Positions 28,119-38,535 of a DNA stretch of 64,000 bases are shown one piece after another. The translations under genes were made by a program, and so were the position numbers. Numbering within the stretch: position 1 is the stretch's first letter; every line of letters starts with the position of its first letter. This DNA comes from a virus. The stretch is from the UHGV virus genome UHGV-0214148, one strand, 5' to 3'. Under the pieces are notes generated by a model. It was given only the letters and a program-made list of their open reading frames with translations, had not been told where the DNA came from and did not search any database.

Positions 28119-29390
28119 TTATTTAGACTTTTTGTACGCGCCGATACCAGCACCCAGGTAACCGTTCAGACCGCTAATGACGGTGTTAGCTACGTAGCTA
28201 ACGGCACGGTTCAGGGTCTGGTAGTTCTTCACAGACTGATCAGCAGCTTGACGTGCATTACGCAGTCCTTCCCACTTACTCTCGTCTTTTTCGTTGTTCA
28301 GCGCGTTGGACGCTTTTTCAGCAGCCTGTTGCAGTTTCACGATTTCAGAATCGTAAGCACGGAAATCTTTCAGTACGGCTTCGAAGCCTTTACCGATTGC
28401 TTCCAGAGCAGATGCTGCGCCAGCCATTTCAGAAACAGACGGAGTAGCCACTTCTTTATCGTCAGAAGCGTCACCGGTGCTCATGAAAGCAATTGCGGTG
28501 AACTTGTGGCCGCCAGCCAGTTCTTTAGTACCAGCCTGAACGTAAGCGTTGCCCGGCAGTGCCAGCAGTTTAGACGCATCACCATTTTCAAAGTTCGGCA
28601 GAGAATGCAGTTTAGACGCTGCTTTACCAAACAGTTCTACCGGCTGATCGCCACGCATTGCTTTGAATGCGTCATCGTCACCTTTGGTAACAGCGGTCAC
28701 AGCTTCACCGGCTTGTTTTTCCAGTGCACCGATAGCACCTTTCGCTTTACCTGCGGTAACTTCTTTAGCGATGGCAATAGAGCCAGCAGCATCGAATTTA
28801 CCTTCGATGGACAGTTTGGTGATAAAGCCACCAGAAATGTTGTCTTTATCTTGTTTGCCCAGCTTGCGGATCATTTCCTGATATTTCTTCGCACGTTTCT
28901 GCGCGGTCTTACCGACGTTGAAATATTTCAGTTTCAGGTCTTTGATCTTCGCGATCACTTCTTTACAGAACTGAATGAAGCGCTCGTAAAGACCCTTCAG
29001 GGTTTCTTTCCAACCTTCCTGGGCAGCAGCAGTCATGCCACGACCACGGCGATAGGATTCGCGAGCCAGTTTAGTGCGCTCCAGGTTCCAACGACGTGCG
29101 ATGGATTCCTGTGCCACTTCGTGCAGGGCAACCGCTTCTTCCGGCATTTCTTCACCGTTAGCAACGGCTTCTTCCGCCTGTTCGATAGCGTCTTCAGTAC
29201 GCTCGGTATCGGCAGCCAGGGTTTCACCGTCGGTTTCCAGCTGATCGAGCTGACCGTCGATAGATGCTACGTCCGCAAGTTGGACGTCCAGGTTCTCTTC
29301 TGCCGGTTCAACGTTGCTGATACCGTCGATTACTTCATCGGCCGCTTCCATCGATTCACGAGCGGCGCGAGTTTTTGCGAAATTTGCCAT
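28119..29390 (-). CDS. acidic paralog 2 of tandem pair (423 aa); possible abundant virion/head protein
   Basis: ORF track; ATG 29388-29390 with AAGGA Shine-Dalgarno; N-terminal 16 aa identical to paralog 1 (47 nt identical at DNA level). Confidence 0.85.
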   Translation of the reverse strand: MANFAKTRAARESMEAADEVIDGISNVEPAEENLDVQLADVASIDGQLDQLETDGETLAADTERTEDAIEQAEEAVANGEEMPEEAVALHEVAQESIARRWNLERTKLARESYRRGRGMTAAAQEGWKETLKGLYERFIQFCKEVIAKIKDLKLKYFNVGKTAQKRAKKYQEMIRKLGKQDKDNISGGFITKLSIEGKFDAAGSIAIAKEVTAGKAKGAIGALEKQAGEAVTAVTKGDDDAFKAMRGDQPVELFGKAASKLHSLPNFENGDASKLLALPGNAYVQAGTKELAGGHKFTAIAFMSTGDASDDKEVATPSVSEMAGAASALEAIGKGFEAVLKDFRAYDSEIVKLQQAAEKASNALNNEKDESKWEGLRNARQAADQSVKNYQTLNRAVSYVANTVISGLNGYLGAGIGAYKKSK

Positions 29391-29449
29391 TTCGTTTATT
29401 TCCTTTGGTTATATAACCCAATTACACGCCCCTAGAATGAGGGGCCCCC

Positions 29450-30010
29450 TTAGGGACGTGCGATTTTCAAAAACACTGCTAACGACGAGATCATGTCGGA
29501 CAACCCGTTCGGGCGCGTCATCCAGCGTGCCAGCAGTTCATGGTCTGCATAAGATAAAAGACGTTTGCTACACTCAACAGATTGGTGAGCGGAGCCCATA
29601 TTACGTACAGTACCTCGGCGACCAAACGCAGCAGCTAACAGACGCGAGCCTAATGCACCCGTCTGTTCAACATTCTTCGTGTTACGAACATCGTTCATAT
29701 ACGACGACAGCAAAGTCGACCACTGCCCTAACGTCACATTACGTCGCTTACCATCCAGCAGGAAGGCTACGCTTTCGTTATAAAACGTATTAAAGGTAAA
29801 TCCGACCTGCGGATATTCGTCATATAATACCTGCTGCAATGAGTCAGCAGCCATCAGACGAAAGTACGGTAAAATAACGGCGGCGGCTTCCAGTGTTTTG
29901 TGAATAACCTCGTCATCGTGTGTGTCGATTGGGTTTTTCGATAAAATCGACATGTAGGATTTAATGCGCTCTACAGCAACATTAAATTCTGGACTATCGT
30001 GCTCAAACAT
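29450..30010 (-). CDS. hypothetical protein (186 aa)
   Basis: ORF track; co-oriented block. Confidence 0.75.
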   Translation of the reverse strand: MFEHDSPEFNVAVERIKSYMSILSKNPIDTHDDEVIHKTLEAAAVILPYFRLMAADSLQQVLYDEYPQVGFTFNTFYNESVAFLLDGKRRNVTLGQWSTLLSSYMNDVRNTKNVEQTGALGSRLLAAAFGRRGTVRNMGSAHQSVECSKRLLSYADHELLARWMTRPNGLSDMISSLAVFLKIARP

Positions 30011-30027
30011 TCGCCTCTCCTAACGGT

Positions 30028-30963
30028 TTACGCTAAACCGTATTTCTTTTCAAGACGCTCACGCTTGTGCTTGAGTTCCATCAGATGCTTTTCACTGATT
30101 TCAATCAGTTTCTCAATGTGGGCATCACCCTTACCTTCTGCGACTTGCTTTTTGTAAAGTAAGATACGCAGTTCCGCCGCTTTCGCCGCTTCTACACACT
30201 CGTCGTACTTATCCATCTGCCGTTCAGCGATATTCAAACGTACGCGCAATATCAGCGAGATTGGGAACGGTACACTGCTCATTCCCAGTGGGTCAACGGA
30301 GCTCGAACCGAACTGTTGCGCCAACTCACCGTAAGTTTCGTCGTTAAAGATCGCTTCAGGAATTTCCGCATAATCCGCTTTCAGTTTATTCAGCGGCGTT
30401 GCCAGCACACGGACAGCAATGCAGTAAGAAATAGAACGAGTATTGAGGTATTGAAGGTCATTCGGACCGACGCCTTTTACTTCAATATTCGAGCCTTCTA
30501 CGGCGGCTATTTCTTCTGCGGTTACGTAGTTAAGTAAGGTGGCACTGTAACCTGTAAAGAAGTCAATCAGGTCAAGCAGTCTGAGCACCGTTAATTTATT
30601 AAACGTCATTGAAGACGTGACTAACGCTTTACCAATGTCACGCGTAATACATTGGTCTAAGAAAGAACGCAATTGTAGCGTGTTTTCCATCGAGGCAACG
30701 ATGTATTCCAGCATCGAAGGATTACGGAGACCTTTGGCTTCCAGACCGGAATTCCGCAGGTATTTAACCAAATCATCCGACATGTCCTGCACCGTTTTCG
30801 ATTTAAACGGCTTGCCTTCTTTCGACGCTACCAGCTCTTGCAGAGACTGGAAACGCGGTAAAAGTTGTTCACCAATCGCATCACAGTTTGATGAGAGTTG
30901 GTTTTTCAAGTTTGTTGCTTCAAAGCTCGGCAACAACATAGCGAGCATATTCGGGATTGCCAT
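30028..30963 (-). CDS. hypothetical protein (311 aa)
   Basis: ORF track. Confidence 0.8.
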   Translation of the reverse strand: MAIPNMLAMLLPSFEATNLKNQLSSNCDAIGEQLLPRFQSLQELVASKEGKPFKSKTVQDMSDDLVKYLRNSGLEAKGLRNPSMLEYIVASMENTLQLRSFLDQCITRDIGKALVTSSMTFNKLTVLRLLDLIDFFTGYSATLLNYVTAEEIAAVEGSNIEVKGVGPNDLQYLNTRSISYCIAVRVLATPLNKLKADYAEIPEAIFNDETYGELAQQFGSSSVDPLGMSSVPFPISLILRVRLNIAERQMDKYDECVEAAKAAELRILLYKKQVAEGKGDAHIEKLIEISEKHLMELKHKRERLEKKYGLA

Positions 30964-30973
30964 GCCTTACCCC

Positions 30974-32080
30974 TTAAAGAACTGGCTGAGCGCCAGAGCG
31001 ATACGCTTCGATGATTTTATTTACATCGGCGCTACCAGACTTCGATTTACTAAAGTCAGATTTATCGAGTTCCTGAGAGCCGTTCTGACCACGGGTATAA
31101 ATAGTGACACGATTCCAGGTGGTGTCCACAACAACATAGTAGACGGTCAAGGTGTCTTTGAATACACGTTGACGGATATTGAAATCGTCGAATTCGCCAC
31201 CTAGCTGTGCGGTCAAACCGTCGATGGTGTCTTGAGAAACCACCATGACGGAAGATGCGTTATTGATAGACGGTGCCAGAGACAGCAAACCAGACAACCA
31301 GTTACCGTTCTTCTTCTCCATCATCTTACGGTAATAACCGGACTTATCGCGATAACGGTTCTTACGATATTCTTCTACCAGGTCGTTACAGAACGCGATG
31401 TCTTTTACGTAACTCAACGCACCAACACGTGCACGCAGCCAACGTTCCCAGAATGTTTTCGTCTGGTCACTGAACGCAATCAGCGTTTCAATTTGTTCGG
31501 TCGGTAAGGATTTCACATCCAAACGTAGGCGCATTGGGAGTTCGACTTTATTACCGTCACGTTCGAATGTTACTGAGAACATTTTCCCGTTGGACAACCC
31601 TTCTTGATCGAAAAGCAGTTTAATCGGTTCACCTTTCCCGCCACTGACCGAACCTTTTGATTCCTGGGCGACCCGTCGGGCAGATTCGCCGACTGCAATG
31701 CCGATTTTATCGTATGATGGTAAACCATAACGGGCAGATTCGCCGACTGCAAGCGCTGCTAAGCGGGAACCGCTGCGGACTGCGTTATCAAGTGCACTAC
31801 GACGTGTGCTGACCTGATCCAGGGTACCGATAATGTCAACATCCGGTACACCGGTTAACAGTGAGATAGCCGTTAATTGGTTTCCTGCCAGCAAAATTTG
31901 GATTTTCTCCAGAATTCCCGGAAGGTAATCTAAACCCAGCAGGCTTTGTTCGACTAAGGTAATGTGCTCGTTATAGAGCACTGAGTTAAATTCCTCCATC
32001 GACTCCGCACGCGAACGAAACAGCATGGGAAGTCTGGAGAGGAAAGAGACAACGCTTGTCTCAAACGTTTTTTCTAACAT
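30974..32080 (-). CDS. hypothetical protein (368 aa)
   Basis: ORF track; divergent from plus-strand gene at 32107. Confidence 0.8.
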   Translation of the reverse strand: MLEKTFETSVVSFLSRLPMLFRSRAESMEEFNSVLYNEHITLVEQSLLGLDYLPGILEKIQILLAGNQLTAISLLTGVPDVDIIGTLDQVSTRRSALDNAVRSGSRLAALAVGESARYGLPSYDKIGIAVGESARRVAQESKGSVSGGKGEPIKLLFDQEGLSNGKMFSVTFERDGNKVELPMRLRLDVKSLPTEQIETLIAFSDQTKTFWERWLRARVGALSYVKDIAFCNDLVEEYRKNRYRDKSGYYRKMMEKKNGNWLSGLLSLAPSINNASSVMVVSQDTIDGLTAQLGGEFDDFNIRQRVFKDTLTVYYVVVDTTWNRVTIYTRGQNGSQELDKSDFSKSKSGSADVNKIIEAYRSGAQPVL

Positions 32081-32106
32081 TTTCCTAATGAACTCCGGAG
32101 TTAAAG

Positions 32107-33405
32107 ATGAGTGACGAGACAGATAAGAACGATCCGGGGTATGACCCGAATACTGACTACGACGATTCTCTCCACAATCCGAATAACGCGGACGCGGTGC
32201 CTTCGGTCGCAGGATATTTCGACGGACGGATTAGTAATGCTAACCCCCCGACGCCTTACGACGCTAATACTGAACTTACGGCATGGAACGATCGTATCCG
32301 TCTTACTGTAGGTTTGGGTCTTGCTGCGCAGCGTTTGACCAACCCCTACATGGGGTTCAACCATATGATGGCGTCTAACCCCACGCCAATCAACCGAGAA
32401 TACGGTGGACTAACTTTTATTACCCGGCCCGATTTTAACCTGTGCTACGACAACATTGCTAAGTCACGTAAAATGTCGAACATGGCAATGCAGCCAAAGG
32501 ACTCCATAGATTATTCGATTTTAGCTGCGCTTGACCCCGATTTTGAACTCGGATTTACGGACGCACCTATGGAAAACGGTAGGCGGAAAAATCGCTTAGG
32601 TACGCCGTTTATGCCTCAAGTAAAATTCGATAATCTACAAGCGTTCATACCAATACTCAGTACGCAGCTGATTAGCCTTAGTGGTGCACCCGATCAATCT
32701 ATTGATAACTGGATGGCAAGTGAAGGTTTAATGCGTGAACAGTGGGGGATGGTTGACTCTACCCATGAAGTTAACAACAGCTTTTCCATCAGCATGTCAT
32801 TAAACAACCCCTATGGCGACCCATTAATGAAAATGATGGGCGTGTGGCTAGAGTATATGTCTGGTGTGAAGATGGGTAAGTTCCGTCCGAAAATGCGTAA
32901 CTCCATTCAACGTAGAATCGATTATCAATCGCGAATCTACGGGATGCGTTACGATGCCTTAGGGAACATCACCCGTTTCTGGACGATTTGTGTCGCATGG
33001 CCGATGAACGATAACGCGGGACAAATGGCGAACGTTGATAACTCCAAACCGCAGTTAAACGACGATGTTACGATTACTATTAACTGGCAAGCTATCGGTG
33101 CGCGGTTTAACGATCCATTATACATGGAAATGTTTAACCGCACCGTTTCCATTTTTAATCCCGATATGCTCCCGCAGCCAGGCTCTATTCAATCGGGCAA
33201 CTTCATCCCGATTGCTAGTGATCAATTAGTCCCCATCGCACCACAATTGCTGCCGTTGTTTAACTATTACGGTTATCCGCATATCGATTCCGTACGACGC
33301 AAACTTACCTGGTATGTTTACCAGGCAGACTACCAACATATTCTCAAGAAAGCGGGATTACTGGATAACGCTAATGCCGCTTCACTACCGACAGGTAATA
33401 ACTGA
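32107..33405 (+). CDS. hypothetical protein (432 aa)
   Basis: ORF track; GGAG Shine-Dalgarno 8 nt upstream; stop overlaps next start (TGATG). Confidence 0.8.
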   Translation: MSDETDKNDPGYDPNTDYDDSLHNPNNADAVPSVAGYFDGRISNANPPTPYDANTELTAWNDRIRLTVGLGLAAQRLTNPYMGFNHMMASNPTPINREYGGLTFITRPDFNLCYDNIAKSRKMSNMAMQPKDSIDYSILAALDPDFELGFTDAPMENGRRKNRLGTPFMPQVKFDNLQAFIPILSTQLISLSGAPDQSIDNWMASEGLMREQWGMVDSTHEVNNSFSISMSLNNPYGDPLMKMMGVWLEYMSGVKMGKFRPKMRNSIQRRIDYQSRIYGMRYDALGNITRFWTICVAWPMNDNAGQMANVDNSKPQLNDDVTITINWQAIGARFNDPLYMEMFNRTVSIFNPDMLPQPGSIQSGNFIPIASDQLVPIAPQLLPLFNYYGYPHIDSVRRKLTWYVYQADYQHILKKAGLLDNANAASLPTGNN

Positions 33406-36359
33406 TGAGTTCTACGACTTACGATACTTTGGCAAAGAACATATTGTTGTTTGCCCACCATCCGGCAGCGATGCAAACACTGCTCTTGAATCAGCTTCTG
33501 GATGTAGAAGACGCCGAAGGCCAAATAGTGTTACGTGACCCAACAGACCCTGTTGTTTATTTGGCGGAAATGGGGACAATGTTGGGCCATGCAACGCTTA
33601 TGGGGTTGCAAGAATCAGTGCCAAAGACATTTCCATCAATGGCGCAAACGTACGACGACCTGTTCCGACATATGTCCGATGTGGACTACGTTGATGTGTT
33701 CGCCCAACCTTCAACCACCGAGCTGTTGTTATTAATCGATGTTGATAGCTTAATCTCCAAGGCGTACCCTTTACAGATTGCGGGTGTGCGTAAGGTTGTT
33801 ATCCCACGTGACACAGTTTTCACGGTGTCAGGTTACACCTTTGCCATCCAGTACCCGATTGAAATCAGGGTACTTCCTTACGGCACCAATGAAAACCCAG
33901 CGTTTCAAGTTCTTTGGATTACCGAAACACAGTCGCCTATTTCTCCTGTGTCGACGAATGCGCTGGATTGGGAATTGACATCGTCTAACACCACGGCCTC
34001 GCAACTACTGGCAATCCATATCCCGGTTATGCAGTATGCGGTGAAGAACGAAAGCGACACCGTTGCGGGGAAAAATACCTTTGTCATGACCCGCCATTAC
34101 ACTAACAAATTTTTCTACGTAAGGGTGTGGATGAAATCAACCAACGATAACAAGTGGGTTGAAATTCAGCATACGCACAGTCGTGACGTTTACGACCCCA
34201 ACACCCCAACCGCGTTAATCCAGGTCGGTGACGGTGTTATACGGTGTACTATCCCCTCGATCTACATGGCGAAGAATTTGGTCAGTGGTGAAATTCGTAT
34301 GGATATCTACACGACCTTAGGGCCTTTAAGTGTCGATATCTCGGCTTATCCGTCTGACGAATACACGTTCACGTTGCGTGATTTAAACGGCGAATACGAC
34401 GAAAACTACGTTAACCCGATTAAGAGTTTTTCCATCAAACAGATGGCTGCAAAAGCAGGTAAAATGTTGTCAGGTGGTCGTAGCCAGCTCACGTTCGAAG
34501 ATTTGCGTACACGTGTAGTCAACAACGCTGTAGGTGCACGAAAACTCCCTGTAACGGAGAAACAATTAGAAGCAACGGTTTCTGACTACGGTCTAACGTT
34601 GTCGAAACCAAACGACTATGTTACTAGCCGTACATACTTCTTAACGGCACCGATGCTCGAATCGACAATTCCTAATGTCAGTTCTCCCATCGGGACGATC
34701 ACGGCACCGTTCTATTTCTCCTGGAATGAATTGGTTAATCTACCGACGGTAAAGGTTAACGGTAATCGCCTGACGATTCTTCCTGACACACTTTATCGGT
34801 TCACCGACACCAGCCTGACGGTTGATGCGGAGATGACGGTCTTGGCAAAAACCATGCGAAAAGAAGATTTGATTAACGCGGCCAACGCTAATCGTTATCT
34901 CTTTACACCATTCCATTACGTTGTGGATATCAACAATAAAGCCATTGACGTTCGTATTTATCAATTAGATAAACCGACGTTAAACTCCAAACGCTTTATT
35001 GCTACTAACGTAAGCACGGAACTCAGTGTGGTAACGGCCGACTACACTATCGAAAAGACCGAAGCAGGTTATGTTTTGCGTACCGTAACGAAGTCGGAGG
35101 CACCTTATCAAGCACTGACTGACGACCAAGTTTTTGCGCAGCTATCGTTCCGTCCGCGTAACGCAGACAACACTTTAGCGTACATCAACGGTACGTTAGT
35201 CGGTAAGCAGGGTAGCGAACGTGTATGGGAGTTCCTACTGGAAACCAACCTGGACGTTGACCGTAATGACGAATTGGTACTAACGAATACGCGTATTAGT
35301 AGTAGCACGCCAACGGAAACGCCTGTACCGCTGACAACAGACTTCAACCTGTTCTACGGCTGCACGGGTTACTACCCTGGCAATTACGAACGTGCGGAAA
35401 TGGATGCGTTAATCACTGCCCCATCACGTGATGCGATAGGTATTACCCATGAAATTTTCAAAATCGAATTGGGTAAGGCAATGACGTACTACTGGCGTAA
35501 AGCGCGTGCTGTTACTGACAGCATTAACTACCAGTATTACGAACAAGACGTGATGGCAACGTGGGAGATCGATGTTGTTAAACGCGATGAGAATGGTGTA
35601 CCAATCTATACTTACGATGCAGGCCGCACACCACCACTTCAGATCACGTACGAACATCGTAAAGGCGATCCTAAACTCGACGAAGCTGGGGAACAGATCG
35701 TCCTACATCGTGAAGGCGACTTAGTTAAAGACGAGTTTGGTAATCCGAAAATTGCGAAATCACGTTCTATCAAATTCCGGAGTGAGATGGCAGTGTTCGA
35801 TGCGCGATATAAATTCGCGACGACGTCTTCTGCAAAATCGTATCTGAATGAAGTTATCGAAAACATCGTTAACTACGTCACGGTAATACTCCCGACTTTG
35901 AAGCCTATGTTGTTAGAACGCACCGAAGGTTACTTTGTGCCGATTACAACAATGGGGTATATCGACGCTCGTACAGAGGACGGGGTAGTAACACCTGTCC
36001 CTGCGGAAAACCAGTTCACAGTACGCTATTACCTAACGGCTGCTAACCGTAATAACACCGAGCTCTTAACGCAGATTCGTAAGAAAACTTCTCAGGTTAT
36101 CAACGATTACTTGGGTAGCCATCTAACAATCTCTGCAACAGAAATCGGTAATGCGTTGAGTGAAACCCTCGATGCGTCTATTATCGGTGTTGAACTCGAT
36201 GCTATGGGGCCAGATAAAGACATGCGTCTCTTTACCGTTGTCTCAGAAGCATCAAGAGCAACTATAGGTAAAAAGCTGGACATTGAGGCCAGCGGCGACA
36301 TCGGGCTTAAAGACGATATCGTTATTGTTTATAACCGCCACGATACTACCGCCGATTAA
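33405..36359 (+). CDS. hypothetical large protein (984 aa), possibly structural
   Basis: ORF track; coupled to upstream gene; strong terminator downstream. Confidence 0.85.
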   Translation: MSSTTYDTLAKNILLFAHHPAAMQTLLLNQLLDVEDAEGQIVLRDPTDPVVYLAEMGTMLGHATLMGLQESVPKTFPSMAQTYDDLFRHMSDVDYVDVFAQPSTTELLLLIDVDSLISKAYPLQIAGVRKVVIPRDTVFTVSGYTFAIQYPIEIRVLPYGTNENPAFQVLWITETQSPISPVSTNALDWELTSSNTTASQLLAIHIPVMQYAVKNESDTVAGKNTFVMTRHYTNKFFYVRVWMKSTNDNKWVEIQHTHSRDVYDPNTPTALIQVGDGVIRCTIPSIYMAKNLVSGEIRMDIYTTLGPLSVDISAYPSDEYTFTLRDLNGEYDENYVNPIKSFSIKQMAAKAGKMLSGGRSQLTFEDLRTRVVNNAVGARKLPVTEKQLEATVSDYGLTLSKPNDYVTSRTYFLTAPMLESTIPNVSSPIGTITAPFYFSWNELVNLPTVKVNGNRLTILPDTLYRFTDTSLTVDAEMTVLAKTMRKEDLINAANANRYLFTPFHYVVDINNKAIDVRIYQLDKPTLNSKRFIATNVSTELSVVTADYTIEKTEAGYVLRTVTKSEAPYQALTDDQVFAQLSFRPRNADNTLAYINGTLVGKQGSERVWEFLLETNLDVDRNDELVLTNTRISSSTPTETPVPLTTDFNLFYGCTGYYPGNYERAEMDALITAPSRDAIGITHEIFKIELGKAMTYYWRKARAVTDSINYQYYEQDVMATWEIDVVKRDENGVPIYTYDAGRTPPLQITYEHRKGDPKLDEAGEQIVLHREGDLVKDEFGNPKIAKSRSIKFRSEMAVFDARYKFATTSSAKSYLNEVIENIVNYVTVILPTLKPMLLERTEGYFVPITTMGYIDARTEDGVVTPVPAENQFTVRYYLTAANRNNTELLTQIRKKTSQVINDYLGSHLTISATEIGNALSETLDASIIGVELDAMGPDKDMRLFTVVSEASRATIGKKLDIEASGDIGLKDDIVIVYNRHDTTAD

Positions 36360-36360
36360 G

Positions 36361-36412
36361 AAAAAATAATAAAAGTTACCCTACTCCCGGAGGAGTAGGG
36401 TAATCTTTTTTT
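36361..36412. terminator. bidirectional intrinsic terminator (stem shared with 41721-41770)
   Basis: A-run, stem ttaccctactcc (36376-36387) / ggagtagggtaa (36392-36403), T-run 36404-36412. Confidence 0.8.
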
Positions 36413-38081
36413 AATCAACTAATTTATTGAACTTCCCGCCTTTTACAAGTGGGTTGGACTTGGCGCGTTTCAACACCGTTGCCATAGACCCTGCAGCCTT
36501 GCACCACATGTTAATCATGTTTGCACTGTGCGCAACAGAATCCCAGACATTACGGTCAGGGTTTAACACCATCATCGTGGTCAATTCACGGCCGTGAATG
36601 TTAAAATTTTCCCTTCGCGTCACCTGGTCTTTAAACGCCTGTTCCATCGCCTGCCATTTCTCAGTGTCAACACCAGAACGTGACTGACGCGCCATCTCTT
36701 TCAGCGTTTTTACAACCTGATCGACACGTTTTTCCAACACCTTATACTTGTCCAGCGCAGTATTCGCCACACCGTCCGAGATACCACTACGTGCCAGCGT
36801 AATCAGACATGCTAACAGCTCACGATAGTCGCCGTTACTTAAGCTCAACTCCTGGCGCATCATCTCCAGGTTTGTTGTGGAGCCAAAGAAAGAGTTAACA
36901 CCGACTGATGCAATCATCCAACCGTTGTCTAATTCACGTGTGGTATAGCCGAGAAGCTCAACCTTGTCTTTTACACGCAAAATTGGGCCCGGGCTACCTT
37001 TCTGTCGACCGAACTCCGTGGCAGTAAATTCAATTCGGCCGTTGATCTCACCTAACGCACGGACCAGATGCACCGCAGCAACTTGGTTCTCTTGCGACGT
37101 GCCTACCTTCGGGTTATTTGACAGGTAGTAAGTTTTGATATCTTTCAGCGACTGGTCTAAGTCCTGAAGCGCACGAGCAAAACTGTCAAGAATCATGCTC
37201 ATTAGGTTGAACTGGGTATCTGACGGAATGTTCACACCAGCACGTTTCACATCAGGCGGCAAACCGTTATAGACTTCCTCAGCAACCCCGAAATCAAATA
37301 CACCGTAACCGATGTTCGTCCGTAGCAGCGTATCTAGCAGATCCTGAATAACCTGCAGCTCATTCTGACGTCGTTTAAGGTGGTTCTTAAACGTATCGAT
37401 AAACGGCGATTTCCCTAACGCGGCGGCGAGTTTATTTAGAAACTCTTCAGCTTCCATGTTCACGAAAACATCGTCGGCCAGTGAAAGAGATAACTCCAGG
37501 TTGCTTAACTCGCTGTCTTTCAAACCTTTTGACAGTACCAGATAAACTTCTTTCAGTACAGTAGTTTTCAAGCGCTCTGTGAAAGGAAGATCGGCCAACT
37601 TCTCTTCCAGTTTCTCGCGATAGTCGTTCCCGTCAATGTTCGCAGCGCCCGCAAAAGGAACAGCGTTGCTGATAATCCAACTGAGGATTTTCATTATCCC
37701 CATCATCACCATCACGATAAGGCTAATCTTACCGAAATTAGCGTAAGACTCTAATGCCACCACCGTTTCTTTCTGGTGTGTTTTGGAATAATTCGACGTC
37801 AGTACACTTTGTACAGCCTTCGGGATCGTGCCAGGACGCAAAGATTCAGTCGCTACAGCAACATCACGGTTCAATCCTGCTTTACGGATTTCACGCAGAA
37901 TCGCTTCAATCTGTGCGATAAGACGAGAACCGTAGATCAGGTCTGCTTCATTACGCTGCATGTAGAGATTGAGTTGGCTAACAGAATCGATTCGTTCTTC
38001 CATACGTTGTTCTAATAACGCAGGAAGTTCATCGAGTTTCCACTGCGGTTGCGCAATGTTTGCCATCATCTCCATGCTCAT
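36411..38081 (-). CDS. hypothetical protein (556 aa) with a hydrophobic segment
   Basis: ORF track; ISLIVMVMMGIMKILSWIISNAV hydrophobic stretch; ATGA overlap with upstream gene. Confidence 0.8.
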   Translation of the reverse strand: MSMEMMANIAQPQWKLDELPALLEQRMEERIDSVSQLNLYMQRNEADLIYGSRLIAQIEAILREIRKAGLNRDVAVATESLRPGTIPKAVQSVLTSNYSKTHQKETVVALESYANFGKISLIVMVMMGIMKILSWIISNAVPFAGAANIDGNDYREKLEEKLADLPFTERLKTTVLKEVYLVLSKGLKDSELSNLELSLSLADDVFVNMEAEEFLNKLAAALGKSPFIDTFKNHLKRRQNELQVIQDLLDTLLRTNIGYGVFDFGVAEEVYNGLPPDVKRAGVNIPSDTQFNLMSMILDSFARALQDLDQSLKDIKTYYLSNNPKVGTSQENQVAAVHLVRALGEINGRIEFTATEFGRQKGSPGPILRVKDKVELLGYTTRELDNGWMIASVGVNSFFGSTTNLEMMRQELSLSNGDYRELLACLITLARSGISDGVANTALDKYKVLEKRVDQVVKTLKEMARQSRSGVDTEKWQAMEQAFKDQVTRRENFNIHGRELTTMMVLNPDRNVWDSVAHSANMINMWCKAAGSMATVLKRAKSNPLVKGGKFNKLVD

Positions 38082-38521
38082 ACCAGTTTGCCTCGCGTTT
38101 CATCCATATAGAATTTCACCGTTTCCATGAAGCGTTCCAGCCACAGGTTAACGGTATCCCATACATCATCGCCCAGCGCTTCATTGAAAATCTCACGAAC
38201 AGAGAAATTCTCAATAGCGCGACGACCGCCCCAAGCACTGTCGTAACGGTTGCAGAATAGCCCAACGGTCAAATCTTCGATGCTGCCCAGGTCGACACAA
38301 TAGAGTTCGTTCACATCGGACACAACATTTTTCATCAACGGACGAAGTTTAAGTTGTGCTACCTCATTCGCTCCCAGCGGTCCATTATCGGGCATATCGG
38401 CGTTATACGCCAGTGTGAATGCAACCAGGCCAGTCAGAGCACGTTGTGCCTGTACTCCCTTACCCTCGTTCGTACGTTTAAAGTCCAGAACTAAGGAGTT
38501 TAAAGAAACTTTATGCGTCAT
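38078..38521 (-). CDS. hypothetical protein (147 aa)
   Basis: ORF track. Confidence 0.7.
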   Translation of the reverse strand: MTHKVSLNSLVLDFKRTNEGKGVQAQRALTGLVAFTLAYNADMPDNGPLGANEVAQLKLRPLMKNVVSDVNELYCVDLGSIEDLTVGLFCNRYDSAWGGRRAIENFSVREIFNEALGDDVWDTVNLWLERFMETVKFYMDETRGKLV

Positions 38522-38535
38522 GATTTTACCTTTAC

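Noticed and set aside
26711-29435. Plus-strand ORFs of 449 and 395 aa antisense to the tandem paralogs
   Set aside because: The minus-strand frames carry the shared N- and C-termini and Shine-Dalgarno sites; plus-frame products are Phe/Val-rich artefacts and would run through the terminator hairpin.
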